Of a stretch of DNA of 64,000 nucleotides, positions 57,844 through 64,000 are shown piece by piece. The notes under the pieces are model-generated. The model worked only from the letters and a program-made list of their open reading frames with translations, ran no database searches and had not been told where the DNA came from. Every line of letters begins with the position of its first letter. The stretch's first letter is position 1. The translations under genes were made by a program, and so were the position numbers. The stretch is from a virus (lineage: Duplodnaviria; Caudoviricetes), in IMG/VR virus record IMGVR_UViG_2974753081_000001, positions 1 through 64,000 of that record; one strand, written 5' to 3'.

Positions 57844-57900
57844 TTGACTCTGCACTACACACGTGTATAGTGGGTGTTGTTAGGGACGCAGTCCACTACC
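57844..57900 (+). promoter_or_regulatory. SigA-like early promoter cassette, copy 2
   Basis: TTGACT-16-TATAGT with TACAC-AC-GTGTA; leader homologous to copy 1. Confidence 0.75.
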
Positions 57901-57916
57901 CACCACGGAGGACGAG

Positions 57917-58234
57917 ATGAAGCTACAGCGCCGCATCAAGGGATTCAGCTACGGGGCGACAGTTGGCGGCTACGACTTCAACATCGCCCGCCACGAGGAT
58001 GGCAAGGGCTGGGTCGTTGCGATGCGCAAGGTCGTCCACGACGAGGTCTTGGACATGGACCACGTGATCGGGCAGCCCGTCGAGTTCACCGAGTACGAGA
58101 GCAGCCTGAACGACATCCGAGGCATCCTGAAGCACTTCGAGGCGACGGACGCACCGTACGTCAGCGCGGGCGAACGCTACCGCAGCGCGTGGGCCGCGTT
58201 CGTTGAGGCCGATCCTTCTTTCACATTGCACTAG
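57917..58234 (+). CDS. Hypothetical early protein
   Basis: RBS GGAGG; directly after the promoter. Confidence 0.75.
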   Translation: MKLQRRIKGFSYGATVGGYDFNIARHEDGKGWVVAMRKVVHDEVLDMDHVIGQPVEFTEYESSLNDIRGILKHFEATDAPYVSAGERYRSAWAAFVEADPSFTLH

Positions 58235-58280
58235 CGCGGTCCGAATACTGACGCCTCCAACCCCCGACCAAGGAGAAAAA

Positions 58281-58475
58281 ATGCGAGTCCTCACCCCCGA
58301 GACCATCGACCTGGCGCTCGACGCCTACGACCAGGCGCGGATCGTGGCCACGGCCACCGGATCGGTCGGCGCTACCTTCATCCACAGCAAGGGCGACGTC
58401 GAGGTCCGCGCGATCTGGCACCGCCGCGACGAGGTCGCCGACCACAAGCACGTCGCCAAGGAGGTCCGGCGATGA
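58281..58475 (+). CDS. Hypothetical early protein
   Basis: ATG after AAGGAG. Confidence 0.7.
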   Translation: MRVLTPETIDLALDAYDQARIVATATGSVGATFIHSKGDVEVRAIWHRRDEVADHKHVAKEVRR

Positions 58476-58687
58476 CGGGCCTCAACAAGGTTCAGCGGTA
58501 CGTGCTGAGCCAGCTGCCGGGCGACGCCGAGCTGGTCAAGTGTGGCCTGAAGCGGTCCGGACTGTTCGGTGGCCGCAGCGGCTTCTATGTCATCTACGAA
58601 CTGGACGGCAAGCGGTTCCGGCAGTACTTCACCGAAGAGGCCATCCTCACCTACCTGTTCGCCGACGCGATGGAGCCGACGGAATGA
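58472..58687 (+). CDS. Hypothetical protein
   Basis: ATGA coupling; RBS GGAGG. Confidence 0.65.
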   Translation: MTGLNKVQRYVLSQLPGDAELVKCGLKRSGLFGGRSGFYVIYELDGKRFRQYFTEEAILTYLFADAMEPTE

Positions 58688-58872
58688 GCGGCGGGGAGGA
58701 GCCCACGGTGGCTGACCGGCTAGCTCAGTTCCAGCGCGAGGTCCAGCGGGCGCGTGGGGCGTGCTGCGCCAAGCACCGCAAGGAGCAGATGGCGTGGGCG
58801 GCTGAGGGCCTGGACCACTGGCTGAAAGGAGAGATCGATCGTGTCGACCGAACCCCAAGCATCGCAGGATGA
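58684..58872 (+). CDS. Hypothetical protein
   Basis: ATGA coupling. Confidence 0.55.
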   Translation: MSGGEEPTVADRLAQFQREVQRARGACCAKHRKEQMAWAAEGLDHWLKGEIDRVDRTPSIAG

Positions 58873-58930
58873 GCTGTCGCGAGCTGGGGATGCCGTGAAG
58901 GACATCCTGGAAGAGGAAGGATTCATCTGA
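58841..58930 (+). CDS. 29-aa acidic microprotein
   Basis: GTG after AAGGAGAG; its stop is coupled to the next ATG. Confidence 0.4.
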   Translation: MSTEPQASQDELSRAGDAVKDILEEEGFI

Positions 58931-59082
58931 TGGGGCGCATCGGACCCCGCAACGCCACCATCCTCTGGTGCGACGTCTGCCAGAGCCAGACCACTCACGA
59001 CAACACCGACCCCGACCACCCGACCTGCCACGTGTGCTCGATCAAGCTGCTGGCGCAGACCAAGGAGGTTGGCGACGGCTAG
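58930..59082 (+). CDS. 50-aa Zn-ribbon protein (not in ORF track)
   Basis: WCDVC...TCHVC. Confidence 0.6.
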   Translation: MGRIGPRNATILWCDVCQSQTTHDNTDPDHPTCHVCSIKLLAQTKEVGDG

Positions 59083-59211
59083 TGGTACTTCCCGAGGGGG
59101 AGAGTTAAATCCGCCCAAAGTGCGGACAAGGACGGCCAAGCAAGAGCGTATGGGCTCGGTGCCGTACCTGCTCATCCACCAAAAAAAATGTGGGCTTACC
59201 GCCCTCTCGGG

Positions 59212-61068
59212 TCATCGGGGAGCCAGGCCACCGCGAACCAAGAGTCGCATGGCCTGGCTCTCTGTCATTGCCAGCTGCTCCGCGCTGTAGCGCGACAGGT
59301 TCTCCACTGTGCCCTGAGTGGCCGCGCTGACTGCCCGTCGGGCTTCGTTGATCGCCCAGACCTGTTCTTCGACCGATCCTTCCACGATGTAGACGTAGGC
59401 GGTGAGGCCGTCGAGGTGGCTGTCAGCACGGTCGATTCGGTCATTGCGCTGCATCAGCGTGTCGGGGTCGTAGGGGCTCTCGACGTTGATCACGTAGCGG
59501 GCGTTCTGGAAATTGAGGCCGTAGGCTCCGGCGTCGCTGGAGAGGAACACCGTCAGGTCCGGGTCGGCCTTGAATCGGTCCTGGGCATCCTGAGCCTCGG
59601 CGTCGGTCATGCCGGTGCCGTAGTGCGTGACGTAGGGGATACGGTGCGCCTTCAGTTCTTTCGCGAGCAGGAACAGGGTCAGGTAGGTCCATTGAGTGAA
59701 GACGACGACCTGGTCTCCCTGGTCCCTGATCTGAGAGATTTTGTCGATGATCATCTCGAATTTCGAGGACGGCGTCCGCATGACCCAGTCCGGGTGTTCG
59801 AGGGTCATCCGCTGCGCTACCTCGCTCTCGCTGTATCGCAGCGCGGCGGGTGTGTTCGCGATGTAGCGCAGGCAGGCGTAGTACTGGGCGACGCGGTCGT
59901 CGTCCTCGGCAGCCCACTCGCGCAGGGTGTCGGCGATGCGCTGCTCATCGCGTGACGGCTGGACGTAGATCGCTTCGGTCCTCATGCCCTTGAAGAACTC
60001 GCGCACGCCGGGGTCGGTTTTGCGGACGGCCATCGTCTGCCGGGACACGCGGTGGCGCACCTCGACCAGCTCGTGGAGGTCCCAGTGGTATCGCTTCAGC
60101 TTCACCCCGTTGCCCATGACGTAGGTCTCGACCTTGGGGCAGTAGCGATCGATGAAGTCCTTCCGGGTGCCCAGGGGGTTTTTGTTCGAGGAGAGGTCGT
60201 AGACGTCGTGGTAGCGCAGCGGGCTCGACTTCACGATGGAGGCCGACATCGGCCAGACGCTCGCGGTGTTCGCCAGCTTGAACAGCTTGTCCAGGGCCTG
60301 CCGGGACTTGTTGCGATCGTTGTCTCCGCGCAGCACCAGCTGGACCTCATCGCAGACGAACAGCACGTTGCGACCCACGATCAGGTCGGCGATCTCTTCG
60401 TAGTCGAACTTGCACTTCTCGTAGTTGAGCACCAGGACGTTGGCCGTCGTCTCGGCATAGCGTTTGCGGCGGCGATCCTTGCTGCCGTCGATCACCTCGG
60501 CCTTGAGCTGCGTGATGGTCTCGATCTGGCGGGCCAGGTTGACCTTGTTCTTCCGCAGGGTGAAGGCCAGCGTGAGGTCGGCGAGACCTCGGTTGTGCAT
60601 CTCCTGGGCTCCGGCGGCGGCTATGACCGACTTCCCGGTCCCGGTGCCGAAGTTGAAGAAGAAGCCGTCTTTGGACAGCCGGTGGTTCTGGCTGTCGATG
60701 GCTCGGCGGATGGCGAACTGCTGGAAGGGGAACAGTTCTTTGCCCTCTCCGAGGTCGAGCCCGGCGACATCCAGCGGCTGTGACCACTCGCGGTACTTCT
60801 CGATGATCGGCTTGGCCGAGGGGAGCACGAACGCCTGTCGCCCACTCTTTCCCAGCGCATCGATCAGGTTCCCGTACATGAACAGCTCGCTCAGCAGGGA
60901 GAAGCTGCTGATGTAGTCCGAGTGCTGCCGGACGAATGCCTCCTGGTCGGGGGCGAAGAACGACAGCTCGCCGGGGTATTGCGTGCTCTCTTCGATGACG
61001 CAGAGGCTGCGGCCCTCGCGCAGGGCTGGCCGGACATCGTCGGTTCCGGCAACGTAGGTCGGGATCAT
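59212..61068 (-). CDS. SNF2-like (SF2) helicase/ATPase
   Basis: PFQ, GTGTGKS, CDEVQ, SAS, GLNFQ and QRNDRIDR motifs; the only clear minus-strand gene. Confidence 0.88.
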   Translation of the reverse strand: MIPTYVAGTDDVRPALREGRSLCVIEESTQYPGELSFFAPDQEAFVRQHSDYISSFSLLSELFMYGNLIDALGKSGRQAFVLPSAKPIIEKYREWSQPLDVAGLDLGEGKELFPFQQFAIRRAIDSQNHRLSKDGFFFNFGTGTGKSVIAAAGAQEMHNRGLADLTLAFTLRKNKVNLARQIETITQLKAEVIDGSKDRRRKRYAETTANVLVLNYEKCKFDYEEIADLIVGRNVLFVCDEVQLVLRGDNDRNKSRQALDKLFKLANTASVWPMSASIVKSSPLRYHDVYDLSSNKNPLGTRKDFIDRYCPKVETYVMGNGVKLKRYHWDLHELVEVRHRVSRQTMAVRKTDPGVREFFKGMRTEAIYVQPSRDEQRIADTLREWAAEDDDRVAQYYACLRYIANTPAALRYSESEVAQRMTLEHPDWVMRTPSSKFEMIIDKISQIRDQGDQVVVFTQWTYLTLFLLAKELKAHRIPYVTHYGTGMTDAEAQDAQDRFKADPDLTVFLSSDAGAYGLNFQNARYVINVESPYDPDTLMQRNDRIDRADSHLDGLTAYVYIVEGSVEEQVWAINEARRAVSAATQGTVENLSRYSAEQLAMTESQAMRLLVRGGLAPR

Positions 61069-61074
61069 GGTTTC

Positions 61075-61104
61075 ATCCTATGCGGGTAGTGTTAACACAA
61101 CCCG
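61075..61104. promoter_or_regulatory. Palindromic operator copy 3 between divergent genes, plus minus-strand -10
   Basis: CGGGTAGTGTTAACACAACCCG (22-bp near-perfect palindrome at 61083-61104); TAGGAT 6 nt before the helicase ATG. Confidence 0.75.
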
Positions 61105-61127
61105 TCAATACGTCTGAGGAGACCTCG

Positions 61128-61532
61128 GTGAAGATTCGTGAGGACAAGGCGGCGCTCTGGTCGCTGCAGTGCAAGGAGTTCGAGGGCGACGAGACGGGGC
61201 GGCAATTCCTGACCTACCTCACCCTCTGGTGTGACGCTGCCGAGGCGATCATCGAGCGCGACCACCACCTGGAGAGCGTTCGTCCGGTCCGCGACTGTTT
61301 CCTGGAGGCGATGGACGTACCTGAGCATCAGCTCGGCAAGGTCGACGGCACCTTCATGGGGCCGATGCTCATGTACATCATCAGCGCGTGGGAGTACGGC
61401 GAGGCGCTCGCCGACGAGCTGTCGGTGATCGAGCTGCGTGTCGTCGCCTCGGCGGTGGATCAGCAGCGCGAGCATCTACAACAGCTCGCCGAGCAACGCA
61501 GTAACGAATCGGAGCCCGCTGTCGATAGCTAG
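61128..61532 (+). CDS. Hypothetical protein
   Basis: GTG after GAGGAG. Confidence 0.7.
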   Translation: MKIREDKAALWSLQCKEFEGDETGRQFLTYLTLWCDAAEAIIERDHHLESVRPVRDCFLEAMDVPEHQLGKVDGTFMGPMLMYIISAWEYGEALADELSVIELRVVASAVDQQREHLQQLAEQRSNESEPAVDS

Positions 61533-61594
61533 GGTGTACGACACGCTGCATGGGCGAGGGCCTGGCGGCAGATAATTTTTCCTGAGGAGGAAGC

Positions 61595-62311
61595 ATGTCG
61601 GAGTTGGTGACCCGCGAACAGCTGCGGACCGCCCTGGAGGGCGGCGCGAGCTACGCGGAGATCGTCAAGACGGTCACGGCAGACGCCGCTGCTGTCGAGC
61701 CCAAGAAGCGGTCGAACCTGGCGAAGCGCAAGGCGGCGTTCGTGGAGGCCGTGGCCAAGAGCGACCGGAAGGTGCTCGCTCGGTTGCGCCGGGGCATGAA
61801 GGCGTATGTGTCCTCGATGGCCGATGTCGAGATGACTGAGCCGCGCGAGCTGACCCACGACGAGGCTGTGGCCCTGATGACCGAGGCCGTCACCCGGACC
61901 GAGATCGACGAGTTCCTGGAGTCTCGCAAGGACACGATCAAGTCCCTGGTGTTCGCCAGCATCGAGGAGTCTCTGCGGGCGAAGGGTGTCGAGGACCCCG
62001 AGGCGCACGGCGGATCGCTGTATGTGCCCGAGCTGGGCAAGGTGTTCAAGAAGGAGGGTGCGGGCTTCAAGCCTGCGCAGCTGGACCAGAAGGCACTGCG
62101 CTCGCTGCTCGGCGACGACGCGGACAAGGTGTTCGTCCAGGAGACCATCCCGGCCAAGACCGTGACCGTGCTCGACGAGGAGGCCCTGGGCAAGCTGATC
62201 ATGGACAAGCCGGAGGTCCTGGAGACCGTGCGGCAGGCGCTGCTCCCCGGCGAGCTGAAGTCGGCTCGCTTTGTTATTCGGGACTACACCCCCGGCGAGG
62301 AGGAGCAGTGA
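61595..62311 (+). CDS. Hypothetical protein (helical)
   Basis: Strong RBS GAGGAGG; clean ORF. Confidence 0.8.
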   Translation: MSELVTREQLRTALEGGASYAEIVKTVTADAAAVEPKKRSNLAKRKAAFVEAVAKSDRKVLARLRRGMKAYVSSMADVEMTEPRELTHDEAVALMTEAVTRTEIDEFLESRKDTIKSLVFASIEESLRAKGVEDPEAHGGSLYVPELGKVFKKEGAGFKPAQLDQKALRSLLGDDADKVFVQETIPAKTVTVLDEEALGKLIMDKPEVLETVRQALLPGELKSARFVIRDYTPGEEEQ

Positions 62312-62493
62312 GCGTTCCCGTTCTGTTCTATGGACTGGCCGTCGTGTCGTTCATCCTGTTCCTCTGGTCGGGCGCTGCATCCTCGGTGGCTCGTGACGAC
62401 AATGAGCCCGACGCGATGAAGTTCCTGCTGGCGCTCTCGCTGGTGTGCCTGATCGCGACGCCGGTCCTGGTCGCGGTGGGGGCTGGTGTCTGA
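62308..62493 (+). CDS. Small 2-TM membrane protein
   Basis: Two hydrophobic helices; GTGA overlap. Confidence 0.7.
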   Translation: MSVPVLFYGLAVVSFILFLWSGAASSVARDDNEPDAMKFLLALSLVCLIATPVLVAVGAGV

Positions 62494-62954
62494 TGGGCGT
62501 CAACGCAGTCATCTACGCCACGGGGGTCACTCCCGCCCAGCGCGACCTGGCCGAGGCGCAAATAGCCGAGATCATGCGCTACAAGCTGAAGGACCTCGTG
62601 GTTCCGGACAGGCCGCAGTGGAAGGGCGACCCCGGAACCCCGCGCTACAAGAGCCACTACCTGACGTTTGCCTCCGAGGAGTCCTGGAGCCATTCGTGGA
62701 AGGAGGGCGATCTCGACACGCTGGAAGTGCGGACATTCCTGCGCTGGCCGCAGCGCGGGTGGTGGCCCGACCTGTACGCGCTGATCCGGGCCTTCCAGGC
62801 GTCGCTCCCCGAGGGCACCCCGGTGTACTTCGCGCCGGACTCCAGTTGCTCATTCGACGCTGATCCAGAGACTCTGGTGACTCCCGAGCGCATGGAAGCG
62901 ATCTGGCGGGAGTTCCTGCTCGCCGATCAGGACAGCTACTACACCAAGCTATGA
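62493..62954 (+). CDS. Hypothetical protein
   Basis: TGATG coupling. Confidence 0.7.
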   Translation: MGVNAVIYATGVTPAQRDLAEAQIAEIMRYKLKDLVVPDRPQWKGDPGTPRYKSHYLTFASEESWSHSWKEGDLDTLEVRTFLRWPQRGWWPDLYALIRAFQASLPEGTPVYFAPDSSCSFDADPETLVTPERMEAIWREFLLADQDSYYTKL

Positions 62955-63163
62955 GCGGGGTCATCGTCACCGCCGACACGCGGGTGGCCGACATGGTGTA
63001 CTTCGACCGGACCGACCGGGAGGGTTGGTACGAGGCCGACTGTCTGTTCATCGGCTGCGACTGGCACGCCTCCGGGACGGAGTCGAACGTCGAGGAAGCG
63101 GCCTACGACCACGTTCAGCGGGTTCACCCAGTCGAGAACTACATCGGGAGGCATCGGCGATGA
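62951..63163 (+). CDS. Small C2H2-type Zn-binding protein
   Basis: CLFIGCDW...HVQRVH. Confidence 0.65.
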   Translation: MSGVIVTADTRVADMVYFDRTDREGWYEADCLFIGCDWHASGTESNVEEAAYDHVQRVHPVENYIGRHRR

Positions 63164-63468
63164 AGCCCGAGGAGCGCCTGCTGTCAGAGGCAGGGGTCGA
63201 GGTCACTTACACCACCGCCGAGGTCGCGCGCATCTTCAGGAAGACCCGGCAGTGGGTGCTCTGGGGGTTGAAGGACGGCAAGTTCGTGGACGCCGAGGGC
63301 AATCCGTTGCAGCCGCGCATGGTCGAGGATCGGTACATCTGGACCAAGGACGAGGTCACCGACATCGCCGTCTCTTGTCACAACCGGCGCACAATAGACA
63401 TCGAGGAGCTGAAGCGGATCGTCCGCAAGCTCATCAAGGACACCGGAGCCATCAATGGAAAATACTGA
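63160..63468 (+). CDS. MerR/excisionase-like HTH DNA-binding protein
   Basis: YTTAEVARIFRKTRQWV HTH plus wing. Confidence 0.75.
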   Translation: MKPEERLLSEAGVEVTYTTAEVARIFRKTRQWVLWGLKDGKFVDAEGNPLQPRMVEDRYIWTKDEVTDIAVSCHNRRTIDIEELKRIVRKLIKDTGAINGKY

Positions 63469-64000
63469 GCGCCTGGCGCTGTTCGACGGCAACAACCTGC
63501 TGCACCGGGCTTATCACGCGATGGCTCAGGCGCAGCTTTCCGATGCTCGCGGGCGTCCGACCGGCGCGCTGTACGGAGCGACGAAGGCACTGCTCGGGTA
63601 TCTGCGCGAGCTGTCTCCCACCCACATGGTGTGGTTCTTCGACCACGGCAAGTCCGACATGCGGCTGGCGCTGCGGGAGGACTACAAGGGGCACCGCAAG
63701 TATTCGTCGGTTGTTCCCAAGGCCGATCCGCAGACCGAGCTGCCTCCGCAGATAGATGCGTTCCGCGAGCTGCTGACGCTGCTGGGCATCCCGAACGTGT
63801 CGCAGCGCGGTGTCGAGGCTGACGACCTCATCGCTCGCGCGGTCAAGGTGCTGCCGTGGCCGGACCAGGTCGCCGAGACCGTCATCGTCTCCAGCGACCA
63901 CGACCTGCTCCAGCTCGTCTCGGGCAACCCGGTCGTGAAGGTGTACCGGCCCGGCGAGAAGCCGGAGCGGACCGGTGGCTCGGTCGGCCTCGGAGGGCTG
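63455..64000 (+). CDS. 5'-3' exonuclease (PolA N-terminal / FEN family), truncated by window end
   Basis: LFDGNNLLHRAYH, YKGHR, EADDLIA and SSDHDLLQL motifs. Confidence 0.92.
   Translation, partial: MENTERLALFDGNNLLHRAYHAMAQAQLSDARGRPTGALYGATKALLGYLRELSPTHMVWFFDHGKSDMRLALREDYKGHRKYSSVVPKADPQTELPPQIDAFRELLTLLGIPNVSQRGVEADDLIARAVKVLPWPDQVAETVIVSSDHDLLQLVSGNPVVKVYRPGEKPERTGGSVGLGGL

Overview
This window is high-GC DNA from a lytic actinobacterial myovirus. Gene order and the major capsid sequence resemble the Mycobacterium Bxz1 (cluster C) / Rhodococcus E3 group; that assignment is from recall, not a search. The order is: large terminase, head module (portal, prohead protease/scaffold, decoration, major capsid), an accessory block (orphan nrdF, 2H phosphoesterase, ADP-ribosyltransferase-like genes, a structured non-coding region, fibre genes), neck, sheath, tube, frameshifted chaperone, tape measure and baseplate, then the start of an early/replication region (SNF2-like helicase, HTH protein, 5'-3' exonuclease). 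The most unusual feature is a set of large head-region proteins built as strings of small acidic or Zn-binding modules separated by a recurring basic linker ending in Ala ([R/K]-x-A, often S-R-R-T-A). The same linker occurs in the portal, the protease/scaffold, the 2H enzyme, an ART-like protein and two paralogues sharing an N-terminal leader. I infer a prohead-protease-processed polyprotein cargo system that packages and releases many small effectors. Also seen: a 3-copy palindromic operator with a nearby RHH protein, a 2-copy early promoter cassette with a covarying mini-hairpin, a candidate anti-Shine-Dalgarno sRNA, and a hairpin-rich non-coding element of about 470 bp. I found no tRNA, CRISPR array, integrase or endolysin. 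All functional calls come from motif reading by eye.
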